DNA from: a virus
Reading direction: 5' to 3' (one strand)
Length of the DNA stretch: 64,000 nt
IMG/VR virus record: IMGVR_UViG_3300027816_000052
Span: 480 to 64,479 of that record
Shown here one piece after another: positions 1 to 8,603 of the stretch (within the stretch, counting starts at the first letter, position 1; the number at the start of each line of letters is the position of its first letter). A program made the translations under genes and the position numbers. The notes below the pieces were generated by a model. The model was not told where the DNA came from. It searched no databases and was given only the letters and a program-made list of their open reading frames with translations.

Positions 1-2
1 GA

Positions 3-143
3 TATCTAAATTTAGATAAAACACCAATTCAATCCTTGCCGGATAATCTTGATGTTAAAGGGGTAATTTATATTCGTGGAACACCATTAAAAGATAATGA
101 TGAATTGGTTGCGAAATATAGGAAAAAATATAGGATTTTATAG
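3..143 (+). CDS. Window-truncated 3' fragment of an LRR-like repeat family protein, paralog of 42394..43218
   Basis: Frame from nt 3 reads YLNLDKTPIQSLPDNLDVKGVIYIRGTPLKDNDELVAKYRKKYRIL*. This closely matches the C-terminus of 42394..43218. Stop TAG at 141-143. Confidence 0.55.
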   Translation, partial: YLNLDKTPIQSLPDNLDVKGVIYIRGTPLKDNDELVAKYRKKYRIL

Positions 144-155
144 AACTTTTTAATT

Positions 156-635
156 ATGAAAAAGATTAAATTAACAGAATCCGACCTTTATAATATTATA
201 GAGCGAGTTCTTCTTGAGCAAGAGGAAAATAATAAACGTGTTTGGAATACAACTCCAGAACGTTTTATTATGGTTCTTAATAATGTTTTTAATGGAAATT
301 CTGAAATGTTCAGAAAAATTCTTAATAAAAAATATGATAACATTATTATTAATGAAGATTTGGATTTGAGTGAATCACGAATTAAAACCTTACCTGATAA
401 TCTTAAAGTTAAAGGTTATCTTAATTTAAATTATACAAAAATAGAATCCTTACCGGATAATCTTCATGTTGAGGGGAATTTGTATTTAGCTTTTACACGA
501 ATTTATTCTTTACCGGATAATCTTCGTGTTGGAGGTAAAATCTATATTCATGGAACACTATTAGTTAGAAATAGTGATTTAGTTGCGGAATATAGAAACA
601 AACATAAAATTGAAGGATATTTTTGGTCATCATGA
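156..635 (+). CDS. LRR-like 20-aa tandem-repeat family protein, short member with 3 repeats
   Basis: N-terminus MKKIKLTESDLYNIIERVLLEQEE is shared with 25962..26669(-) and 42394..43218. Three xSLPDNLxVxGxLxL repeats. C-terminal GTLLVRNSDLVAEYRNK tail. Confidence 0.7.
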   Translation: MKKIKLTESDLYNIIERVLLEQEENNKRVWNTTPERFIMVLNNVFNGNSEMFRKILNKKYDNIIINEDLDLSESRIKTLPDNLKVKGYLNLNYTKIESLPDNLHVEGNLYLAFTRIYSLPDNLRVGGKIYIHGTLLVRNSDLVAEYRNKHKIEGYFWSS

Positions 636-1027
636 TATCAATAATAATTTTCATATTAATCGCATTATTTGCAAATAGAGAATCTTCTTTTGATTTTACC
701 AAAATAAAAAATCATGAGAAAATTAATCACATTCAATCATGGATATATCGAGCAACTTTTGTTATATTTATAATACTGCTTACGAACCTTTCAATCTTCA
801 ATAAAATAATTTTATCGATAGGTTCAGCATTTTTATTTTCATCAATATTCAGAGCAAGATTAAATCACAGAAGAAAAAAAGATTTAACATATATAAGCAA
901 TAGTAATTATTATGATTCATTTTTTATAAAACTTTTCCCAAAAAAACATGGTATGATGATATATGTTGTTGAAATCATTATCTTTGTAACCCCAACAATA
1001 ATCTATATAGTAACAAACAATGGATAA
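623..1027 (+). CDS. Hypothetical small membrane protein
   Basis: 134-aa ORF with several hydrophobic segments. It overlaps the upstream gene by 13 nt. No recognisable motif. Confidence 0.45.
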   Translation: MVIMISIIIFILIALFANRESSFDFTKIKNHEKINHIQSWIYRATFVIFIILLTNLSIFNKIILSIGSAFLFSSIFRARLNHRRKKDLTYISNSNYYDSFFIKLFPKKHGMMIYVVEIIIFVTPTIIYIVTNNG

Positions 1028-1271
1028 AAAAATATTATACTTTACAGCAGCATGGTGTGGACCATGTAGAGCAATGGCTCCAGCAATTGAAGAACTTTCA
1101 TCGACTCTGAATATTGAAAAAATTGATGTTGACTCAAAGGATGGTAGAATCTTTGATTATAAAATCAAAGCGGTCCCCTCTTTTGTGTTAGTTGACCAAC
1201 AAAATAATGAATTAAAAAGAGTTGTCGGACTTCAATCAAAAGATACATTAAGAAATTTGTTTAACGATTAA
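1020..1271 (+). CDS. trx: Thioredoxin
   Basis: 83 aa with the canonical WCGPC active site (FTAAWCGPCRAMAP). Typical thioredoxin length. Confidence 0.8.
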   Translation: MDKKILYFTAAWCGPCRAMAPAIEELSSTLNIEKIDVDSKDGRIFDYKIKAVPSFVLVDQQNNELKRVVGLQSKDTLRNLFND

Positions 1272-1274
1272 AAA

Positions 1275-1451
1275 ATGTGGGTTATAGTTAAATTTATTAA
1301 AAATAAAGATGGAAAAGAACTTCCAGTAATTATTTTGGACTCTCAAGAAGAAATATTAGAATTTGAGAATGATGAGGACGCACAAAAACAAAAAAATTTG
1401 TTTTTGATTAATTCGGATTCTGGATATAGATATGAAGTAAAGAAAATTTAA
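1275..1451 (+). CDS. Hypothetical small protein (58 aa), not in the supplied ORF track
   Basis: ATG 1275, TAA 1449-1451. Translates MWVIVKFIKNKDGKELPVIILDSQEEILEFENDEDAQKQKNLFLINSDSGYRYEVKKI. Fills the gap between flanking genes. Confidence 0.35.
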   Translation: MWVIVKFIKNKDGKELPVIILDSQEEILEFENDEDAQKQKNLFLINSDSGYRYEVKKI

Positions 1452-1457
1452 CTTCAT

Positions 1458-1652
1458 ATGGATGAATTAAAGAAAAAAATTAAAGAAAGTCACTATAGAA
1501 AATTTTTGGGTGTTGCACCTGAAGGTTTTATTATCATTCCTGAAGTGACATTTGAAAAATTAAAAGATTTTGATTTTTGGAAGGAATGGAAAAATAATCC
1601 TGAATATTTGAGGGAAGAAGCAATTAAAGACACTAAAGAAAATTTTTTTTAG
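1458..1652 (+). CDS. Hypothetical protein
   Basis: 64-aa ORF tightly following the previous gene. No motif recognised. Confidence 0.4.
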   Translation: MDELKKKIKESHYRKFLGVAPEGFIIIPEVTFEKLKDFDFWKEWKNNPEYLREEAIKDTKENFF

Positions 1653-1702
1653 AAAACATTTGGAAGTTTGAAAAGAAGTATCTATCTTTGTGTTGTTAAA
1701 AT

Positions 1703-1778
1703 GCTCCTATAGCTCAGTTGGTCAGAGCGCCAAGCTTATACCTTGGGTCTGTCACAGGTTCAAGTCCTGTTAGGAGTA
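1703..1778 (+). tRNA. tRNA-Ile (anticodon TAT as folded)
   Basis: Hand fold: acceptor GCTCCTA/TAGGAGT, D-arm GCTC...GAGC, anticodon stem CCAAG/CTTGG with loop CTTATAC, T-arm ACAGG-TTCAAGT-CCTGT, 7-nt variable loop. Confidence 0.55.
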
Positions 1779-1786
1779 CGAAATAT

Positions 1787-1860
1787 TGTGGGGTGGAGCA
1801 GATGGTTAGCTCGGAGGTCTCATAAATCTCAGGTCGCTGGTTCAAGTCCAGCCCCCGCAA
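1787..1860 (+). tRNA. tRNA-Met (anticodon CAT; could be a lysidine-modified Ile)
   Basis: Acceptor TGTGGGG/CCCCGCA, D-arm GAGC/GCTC, anticodon stem GAGGT/ATCTC with loop CTCATAA, T-arm GCTGG-TTCAAGT-CCAGC. Confidence 0.75.
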
Positions 1861-2001
1861 CAAAATGTTGATTAGTAGTTTAGTGGTTGAACTAAAAAGA
1901 AAATCTGACGCTCAGTAGCAATAAATACCACCAGTCAGCTTCGTTCTAATTAACATTTTATTTTTATTGTTCTTTGACATATTTATCTTAAAAAAATTAA
2001 T

Positions 2002-2205
2002 ATGCAAAAAATATCTTTTATTAAATTTAATTTTAAAAATGGATTAATTCATTTATTGACATTATTTTTTGGTAGTTTAATATTATTACCAATAACAGGT
2101 AATGAGATTTTTGAATTTAAAATTTGGTTCATTATTTTATTGTTTCTTAGTATCTTTATGACGTACTTCAATTATCGTGTTTGGAAAAAATTAAAAATTA
2201 AATAA
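2002..2205 (+). CDS. Hypothetical small hydrophobic protein
   Basis: 67-aa ORF with two hydrophobic stretches, between tRNA genes. Weak call. Confidence 0.3.
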   Translation: MQKISFIKFNFKNGLIHLLTLFFGSLILLPITGNEIFEFKIWFIILLFLSIFMTYFNYRVWKKLKIK

Positions 2206-2869
2206 TAATTCTTTGATTTATTATGTTTGTGATAATATCAAGATATTTTTGAGAGGTAATCTCTTTAAAATATTTTTGTGCTGATGTATCAATAACACAA
2301 AAATCAATTTTTGCGTCATGACATGCTTTTGACTTTGATTTATCATTTTCTTGAATTTGATTTAATTTTTTAATGCCATAAATTGGTTCATAGTGAAAAA
2401 TTCCATTAAGTTCAAATGCAATATTTAATGATGGAATATAAATATCTAATTCTGAGTTAATAGCTAATTTATCATTAAATTTGATATCTAGGTTTGGGTA
2501 TAAAAATTCTAACTGCGATTGAATCCAAATTTCAAGTTTTGATTTTCTGTTGCCGTGTTTTTTATTTTTATTGTTATATGTTGCGGCACAAGATTTCGAA
2601 CAAAAATGATTTATAGATCTAGAAATTTGATTATTTGCTTTGATAAATTTTTTATCACAATTAGTACATGTAACCTCTTTTCTTTTTTTTGCTGACAAAC
2701 CATTACATTGTATTGAACAAAAACGTAATTGATTTTTTTGTTTTTCAATATTATATTTAATATGTCTTTTTTCAATATAGAAAAAATTATCACAATATTC
2801 ACATATTAATCTTAACTTATCAAAATGTTTTGCATTATAATAATCAAATTCTGAATACGCTTTTTTCAT
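2198..2869 (-). CDS. Cys-rich Zn-finger protein with a C-terminal DUF559/Vsr-like endonuclease motif, a homing-endonuclease-like gene inside the tRNA cluster
   Basis: 223 aa with multiple CxxC pairs (CEYCDN, CSIQCNG, CTNCDKK, CSKSCA). C-terminus LDIYIPSLNIAFELNGIFHYEP resembles the D...E-x-(D/N)-G-x-x-H motif of Vsr/DUF559 endonucleases. Confidence 0.5.
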   Translation of the reverse strand: MKKAYSEFDYYNAKHFDKLRLICEYCDNFFYIEKRHIKYNIEKQKNQLRFCSIQCNGLSAKKRKEVTCTNCDKKFIKANNQISRSINHFCSKSCAATYNNKNKKHGNRKSKLEIWIQSQLEFLYPNLDIKFNDKLAINSELDIYIPSLNIAFELNGIFHYEPIYGIKKLNQIQENDKSKSKACHDAKIDFCVIDTSAQKYFKEITSQKYLDIITNIINQRIII

Positions 2870-2935
2870 TTATACATATATTTATATATAAATATATTAA
2901 ATTTAATTTTCGAATCTGAAGTACTTTGAAATTAT

Positions 2936-3020
2936 GGAGGATCCCACTGGCGCGGTACGTAGTCTTGAAAACTATGAGGTCGGTAATACCGATGTGAAGG
3001 TTCGAGTCCATCATCCTCCG
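2936..3020 (+). tRNA. tRNA-Ser (anticodon TGA), type II with long variable arm; D-arm fold imperfect
   Basis: Acceptor GGAGGAT/ATCCTCC, anticodon stem GTAGT/ACTAT with loop CTTGAAA, variable arm TCGGT-AAT-ACCGA, T-loop GGTTCGAGTCC. Confidence 0.5.
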
Positions 3021-3203
3021 CTAGATAAAATTTGGAAGTTTGAAATTTTAGTTGTATCTTTGTAGAGCGTGTGAAGCATGTGAGCTAAGTTATCGAGGTG
3101 CTTGGTACGATTCGCGGTCGTGTTGCGCTGGAAACCATCAAAGGTTAAAAGACGTGAAACCAAGTTAAATGGTAAAATCTGACACATTCAGCCTTAAATT
3201 TAC

Positions 3204-3276
3204 GCCACTGTAGCTCAATTGGCAGAGCACTAGTTTTGTAAACTAGCGGTTAGCGGTTCGACTCCGCTCAGTGGCT
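3204..3276 (+). tRNA. tRNA-Thr (anticodon TGT); CCA encoded at 3277-3279
   Basis: Acceptor GCCACTG/CAGTGGC, D-arm GCTC/GAGC, anticodon stem CTAGT/ACTAG with loop TTTGTAA, T-arm AGCGG-TTCGACT-CCGCT. Confidence 0.8.
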
Positions 3277-3301
3277 CCAAGAGTTCTTTGAAAAAGTTTG
3301 A

Positions 3302-3432
3302 GAAAAAGCGGAAGTACGAAAGTACGGGAAGATTGTGATAAAAAGAACAAGGAAATAGTCCCTCCCATTGCAGTCACAAGCATAATTGGGTAGAGTGGAA
3401 AGGTGAGTCCACGAACCGCTTTTTCTCATTTT
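3302..3432 (+). ncRNA. Candidate structured small RNA or long hairpin ending in a T-run
   Basis: 10-bp pairing GAAAAAGCGG (3302-3311) with CCGCTTTTTC (3416-3425) encloses about 105 nt with an internal hairpin GTGGA-aaggtgag-TCCAC. Followed by TTTTCTCATTTT. No plausible ORF; GC is locally higher. Confidence 0.25.
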
Positions 3433-3771
3433 ACATGAAAATATAAAATTAGTGAGCAAAGAGAAAGTGACTTCACCAGTCAGCGTAGTATACAACGGAA
3501 GCACGGGCAAGAAAGTAGCATGGTAGCTACCTGAAATAAAAATCGATTGCTGGGACAAAACTGAAAACGTTTAATTGGATACCCTTAAAATGAAGATATA
3601 CCTCACTAACTTTATATTAAAAATTTGTGGTCAGTACGGATTGACGTACCTAGTAAGCTGGTAAATTACATTACGAAGAAACGCTGAAGCGACTAAGAAA
3701 TGTACTAATATGTAATTATTAGTGGGTTGTTGTTAAGTCTTAGTATGTTAGTTTTTAACACCACAAAAAAA

Positions 3772-3845
3772 GCGAGTGTAGCTTAGTTGATTAAAGCGCC
3801 GTCCTTCCAAGTCGGAGATCGTCAGTTTGAGTCTGACCACTCGCT
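3772..3845 (+). tRNA. tRNA-Gly (anticodon TCC)
   Basis: Acceptor GCGAGTG/CACTCGC, D-arm GCTT/AAGC, anticodon stem CCGTC/GTCGG (one U-U) with loop CTTCCAA, T-arm GTCAG-TTTGAGT-CTGAC. Confidence 0.7.
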
Positions 3846-3931
3846 CACTAATCCCCTCTAACCTCTGAAGAAATTCAAGTTATTGGGTAAAACAGTTTCT
3901 TTTCATATTTATAGAATAAACATCTATCAAT

Positions 3932-6900
3932 ATGATTAAGAAAATATTTTTATCATTAGCAATACTTGCTTCAATTTTAAGCAATGCTGCAACATATTAT
4001 GTTTCACCAAACGGAAATGATTCAAATAATGGGACTTCAATAACCACTCCGTGGAAAACAATAAGTAAAGTTAACACCAGACAATTAGTAGCTGGGGACC
4101 AAATTTTATTTGAACGAAATGGAACATACAGAGGTAATTTAACAATTAACTATTCGGGTACCGATGTCAACCCAATTCTAATTTCCACTTATGGTAGTGG
4201 AAATAACCCCATATTACTTGGTTCACAATTAATTTCAAACTGGATATTACATCAAGGAAATATTTGGAAGACTCAAGTAAATGCAACACAAGTTGTTCAT
4301 TTGTTCTTCAATGACAGTTTAATGCCAATTGCAAGATATCCAAATAATGGTTGGTTAAGAAATATACAAGGAACAAATTCTCAAATAACAGATAATCAAT
4401 TAACACAACCAGCGAATTATTGGAATGGTAGTACAATGGTTATTCGTAGTTCTTCTTGGAGTTATGATACAAGTAGAGTTTTATCATATAGTCCGGGGGT
4501 TATTAACTTTAGACCTATTAGTTATAACTTAGGAAACAGTACGTGGGGTTATTTTATCCGAAATAAATTTCAAGAATTAGATGCCCCCGGTGAATGGTTT
4601 TTTGATAAGACCATCAACACATTATATTTTTACTCCCCAACAGGAAACCCAAATTTAAACGCGATTGAAATAATAACAGCCAATCAATCAACAAATGGTG
4701 TAGGAATAAGGGTTACTTGGCAAAGAAATAATATTATTATTGAAAATCTTACAATTAATAAGTATGGTTATGCTGGTGTTAGCACAAGCGGTACATCTAA
4801 TATAACTGTAAGAAATTGTAATATTAGTCAATGTGATCATGGTATGTGGTTATATGGTAATAATCAAATTATTAGAAATAATTTCATCACAAAATGTCCC
4901 CAAATGGGTTTAAATGCTGTTTCTGGTGGAAGCCCAATTAGTTATGGAAACAACAATACATTTGAAGATAATACCATCCAAAATTGTGCATTATATCCCG
5001 GTCTTGGAAAAAGCTCATGGGGTTATTTCGGAATGACCGTCACTGGTTCCAATAATATAATAAGAAAAAATAATATTACAAATATTGGTTATATTGCATT
5101 ATCTTTCGAATCAAACCCATTAATTGAAAATAACTTTATAAGTAATGCATGTTCAATTTTAAATGATGGTTCTGGTATTGCATTTGATAGAACAAATGGT
5201 GCTGTTATTAGAAATAACATTGTTTTAAATACAATTGGTAATATTGAAAGTTGTGCAACAAATACAACCAACTGTGACCCAAAAGGTAAAGGAATATATT
5301 TTGGAAATGTTAGCAATAAAAATAATTTAGTTGATGGTAATACTGTCGCATATTGTAACGGTGCTGGTATTTGGTTTGATCATACTATGCTATCAGAAGG
5401 TAATCAAATTATTAATAATACCTTATTTGGGAACAATTTATATCAATTAGGTATTTCAGATTTTTCAAACTATAATAGTCCCGGAGCAATTGCTCCTTAT
5501 GCAGTTCCGGTGTATAGTAACCAACTTGTTAGAAATAATATTTTTTATTCAAATAACCAACAACAGAAAACCATGTACCACATAAATAAGTGGTATTCTG
5601 GTGTTGATTTTGCAAATTTTAATGAAAATAAATATATTAACCCTTGGGATACTGTTAGTATTCAAGTTTTTGATATAGCAAATAATGGTAATTCTTTAAA
5701 TTATTCATTAAATCAATGGAAAAATGTTAGAGGTGATGACTCTTTATCTACAAACCAACCTTATCTCCCTCAATCCGAATCATCTGATCATATTTTGGTT
5801 TATAATAATCAAATAACAGAACAATCAATTAGTTTACCAAGTGGTACTTGGTCAGATTTAAACGGTAATTTATATAATTCTTCAATTAATATACCAGCAT
5901 TTGAATCAAAACCTTTATTTAATTCATTATTACTTCCTCCACCACCCTCAACCCCAAGCACTATTGTTTCTTTATTGGTTCAAGCTAGTGTTAATTCAAC
6001 AACACCATCAATTACACTTTCATGGATTAGTTATTCCACTGCAACAGGTTATTCTGTGTTCAGAAAATTAAAAAATGCAACATCTTGGGGAAGCGCAATA
6101 GCTACCTTAGGGGGTAGTGCAACTCAGTATGTTGATAATAACGTTTCTTTAAATACATATTATGAATATCGTGTTGTTAGAAACGCTTCTGTTGGTACTG
6201 CATATGGTTATGTTGCAACAGGTATTAATCTCAATACAATTGATTATAGAGGTAAGCTAATATTAGTTGTTGATAATACATTTACAAGTAGTTTATCTTC
6301 ACAACTAACTCAATTACAAAATGATCTAAAATTAGATGGTTGGAATGTTATTAGAGTTGATGTTTCAAGAACAACAACACCAGCGTCAGTAAAATCTCAA
6401 ATACAGACAATTTACAATACTGATCCAACTAATGTAAAATCAGTTTTATTATTTGGGCATGTTCCGGTTTATCGTTCTGGTAATATTGCACCAGATGGAC
6501 ATAGTTTAATTCCTTGGGCATGTGATTCCTATTATGGTGATATGAATGGTTCTTGGACAACACCTCCCACAGCATTACCTTCAGATTTGGAGTTACAAGT
6601 GGGGAGGATTGATTTATTTAATTTACCCGCGTTTGGACAAACAGAACAACAATTATTGTCAAATTATTTAACTAAATTACATCAATTTAAAACAAAACAA
6701 TTTACTCCTCAAAACAGAATGTTAATTCAGGATAATTTAACTTGGGTTAATAATCCACTAGCTGAAACTTCTTATAGAACTGGTGGTCCTTTAGTTGGTG
6801 AAGCAAATATTACAACAATACCAGCAAATAATCAACCAAATTTTGTATCAAGAATGTCTGATGGTTGGTTATGGGGTTATTTTTCTGGTGGTGGAACATA

Positions 6901-8287
6901 CAATTCCGCTGCTGGGATTGGTAATACATCAAATTTCGCAACAACACAAAATAATGTAGTTTTCAATATGAGTTTGGGTAGTTATTTTGGTAATTGGGAT
7001 TCTAGTACACCAGTTCCGGATTGGAATAATAACAATAATAATTTATTAAGAGCGGTATTAGCTAGCGGTCAAGCACTTACAAACGTTTGGGCGGGTTTAC
7101 CAAATTGGTTTTTCCACCACATGGGAATGGGAGATCCTATTGGTTATTCAACAATGTTAACCATTAATAATAGAACATCAAACGCATTATATCAATTACA
7201 AAATGGTGGTTGGCAAGGACAAGGATTAACAACAGTACATCTTGGTTTAATGGGTGATCCGTCATTAAGAATGAATTATGTTGCACCTCCAAGTAATTTA
7301 ACAATAATTAATAATGGAAATTCGTTAACATTTAACTGGACAGCATCAGCAGAGCAGGTTGATGGGTATTATTTATATGAAATTGTTTCTGGTGTACCAA
7401 CAAGAATAACACCAAATCTAATTACAACAAATACATTAACTGGGAATTTTAACTTAACCACTGGTACAGAATATATGGTTAGAGCGGTTAAATTGGTTAA
7501 TAATTTTAGTGGTAGTTATTATAATTTATCATTAGGTTCGGCAAATACGGTACCACAATCGGTAGCACCAACATTAATAGCAAAAGTTTTTCTAGGTGGT
7601 GCGTATGATAATGGTTTAATGTATGATTCATTACGTGTTAAAAATTTAATACCACTTTCTGATCCTTATCCCGCTTTAGGTTATACACATGTAATAGGTG
7701 GTGGACAAACGACAACGCAATCCGTTTTAACAGTTTCAGGAAATTCAGCAATTGTTGATTGGGTGGTTATTGAATTAAGGAATGCAACCACACCATCAAC
7801 CAGAGTATACACAAGAAGTGCTTTAATCCAAAGAGACGGTGATATTGTTGATATGGATGGTGTATCACCGGTTAGTTTACAAATAACTAGTGGTCAGTAT
7901 TATGTTGCAATTAAACATCGAAATCACTTGGGCGTTATGACAGCGCAACCTATTTCTTTGCAGAACAACACAATAATTAATTTTACAACAATTGCAACAT
8001 TTGGAACCGAAGCTCAAAAAACAATTGGTTCTGTAAAAGTAATGTGGGATGGTAATTCTAATTTTGATGACATAATCAAATATACCGGTCAAAATAATGA
8101 TAGGGATTTTATCTTATCTAGAATTGGTGGTGTAATTCCAACTAATGTTGTAACAGGATATTATTCAGAAGATTTAAATATGGATGGTTTTGTTAAATAC
8201 ACCGGTCAAAATAATGATAGAGATATTATCTTATTTAATATTGGTGGTACAACACCTACAAATACAAAAGTTCAACAGATTCCTTGA
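3932..8287 (+). CDS. Giant secreted right-handed beta-helix protein (pectate-lyase/DUF1565-like N-terminus, FN3-like middle, duplicated C-terminal module); possible depolymerase or adhesin
   Basis: 1451 aa. N-terminal signal peptide MIKKIFLSLAILASILSNAATYYVSPNGNDSNNGT...PWKTI. Repeated N-I/V-x-x-x-N parallel beta-helix rungs. C-terminal tandem duplicate YTGQNNDRDFILSRIGG / YTGQNNDRDIILFNIGG. Confidence 0.8.
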   Translation: MIKKIFLSLAILASILSNAATYYVSPNGNDSNNGTSITTPWKTISKVNTRQLVAGDQILFERNGTYRGNLTINYSGTDVNPILISTYGSGNNPILLGSQLISNWILHQGNIWKTQVNATQVVHLFFNDSLMPIARYPNNGWLRNIQGTNSQITDNQLTQPANYWNGSTMVIRSSSWSYDTSRVLSYSPGVINFRPISYNLGNSTWGYFIRNKFQELDAPGEWFFDKTINTLYFYSPTGNPNLNAIEIITANQSTNGVGIRVTWQRNNIIIENLTINKYGYAGVSTSGTSNITVRNCNISQCDHGMWLYGNNQIIRNNFITKCPQMGLNAVSGGSPISYGNNNTFEDNTIQNCALYPGLGKSSWGYFGMTVTGSNNIIRKNNITNIGYIALSFESNPLIENNFISNACSILNDGSGIAFDRTNGAVIRNNIVLNTIGNIESCATNTTNCDPKGKGIYFGNVSNKNNLVDGNTVAYCNGAGIWFDHTMLSEGNQIINNTLFGNNLYQLGISDFSNYNSPGAIAPYAVPVYSNQLVRNNIFYSNNQQQKTMYHINKWYSGVDFANFNENKYINPWDTVSIQVFDIANNGNSLNYSLNQWKNVRGDDSLSTNQPYLPQSESSDHILVYNNQITEQSISLPSGTWSDLNGNLYNSSINIPAFESKPLFNSLLLPPPPSTPSTIVSLLVQASVNSTTPSITLSWISYSTATGYSVFRKLKNATSWGSAIATLGGSATQYVDNNVSLNTYYEYRVVRNASVGTAYGYVATGINLNTIDYRGKLILVVDNTFTSSLSSQLTQLQNDLKLDGWNVIRVDVSRTTTPASVKSQIQTIYNTDPTNVKSVLLFGHVPVYRSGNIAPDGHSLIPWACDSYYGDMNGSWTTPPTALPSDLELQVGRIDLFNLPAFGQTEQQLLSNYLTKLHQFKTKQFTPQNRMLIQDNLTWVNNPLAETSYRTGGPLVGEANITTIPANNQPNFVSRMSDGWLWGYFSGGGTYNSAAGIGNTSNFATTQNNVVFNMSLGSYFGNWDSSTPVPDWNNNNNNLLRAVLASGQALTNVWAGLPNWFFHHMGMGDPIGYSTMLTINNRTSNALYQLQNGGWQGQGLTTVHLGLMGDPSLRMNYVAPPSNLTIINNGNSLTFNWTASAEQVDGYYLYEIVSGVPTRITPNLITTNTLTGNFNLTTGTEYMVRAVKLVNNFSGSYYNLSLGSANTVPQSVAPTLIAKVFLGGAYDNGLMYDSLRVKNLIPLSDPYPALGYTHVIGGGQTTTQSVLTVSGNSAIVDWVVIELRNATTPSTRVYTRSALIQRDGDIVDMDGVSPVSLQITSGQYYVAIKHRNHLGVMTAQPISLQNNTIINFTTIATFGTEAQKTIGSVKVMWDGNSNFDDIIKYTGQNNDRDFILSRIGGVIPTNVVTGYYSEDLNMDGFVKYTGQNNDRDIILFNIGGTTPTNTKVQQIP

Positions 8288-8327
8288 CGAAATAAAGATA
8301 ATATTTTAAATTTAAAAAACCTAAAAC

Positions 8328-8603
8328 ATGTCGCACATATTTTTTGATTCTCCCACATATATTAATATAACTAATTTCTTAAACAAAGAAGAAGGTACAC
8401 CTATTTCTTGGAATGAAATAATGGAAGCATATTTTAAAATTTATCAAATTGAGTTGGAAAAAGTTAAAAGTCTTAAAGAATTGGAGATTTTTCACGCTCA
8501 ATTAGCGGTAAAAAAACTAAATGGTTCCCATAATTTTGAAATTTGGGCGAACACAATCGATAAGTTTTGCGAATCTTGGTTAAAATCAGCGGTTCTTCAA
8601 TAA
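8328..8603 (+). CDS. Hypothetical protein
   Basis: 91-aa ORF downstream of the giant gene. Confidence 0.45.
   Translation: MSHIFFDSPTYINITNFLNKEEGTPISWNEIMEAYFKIYQIELEKVKSLKELEIFHAQLAVKKLNGSHNFEIWANTIDKFCESWLKSAVLQ

Noticed and set aside
3061-3131. Possible extra tRNA between tRNA-Ser and tRNA-Thr (T-arm-like TACGA-TTCGCGG-TCGTG)
   Set aside because: No 5' acceptor strand complementary to TTGCGCT at the required distance, and no foldable anticodon or D arms.
5089-8092. Short minus-strand ORFs inside the 1451-aa gene (5089..5316, 7877..8092), 2611..2802, 8703..8897, 12139..12336, and 3268..3558 in the ncRNA region
   Set aside because: They are nested in or antisense to much longer well-supported genes, or lie in the structured RNA spacer. 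No start context or motif.
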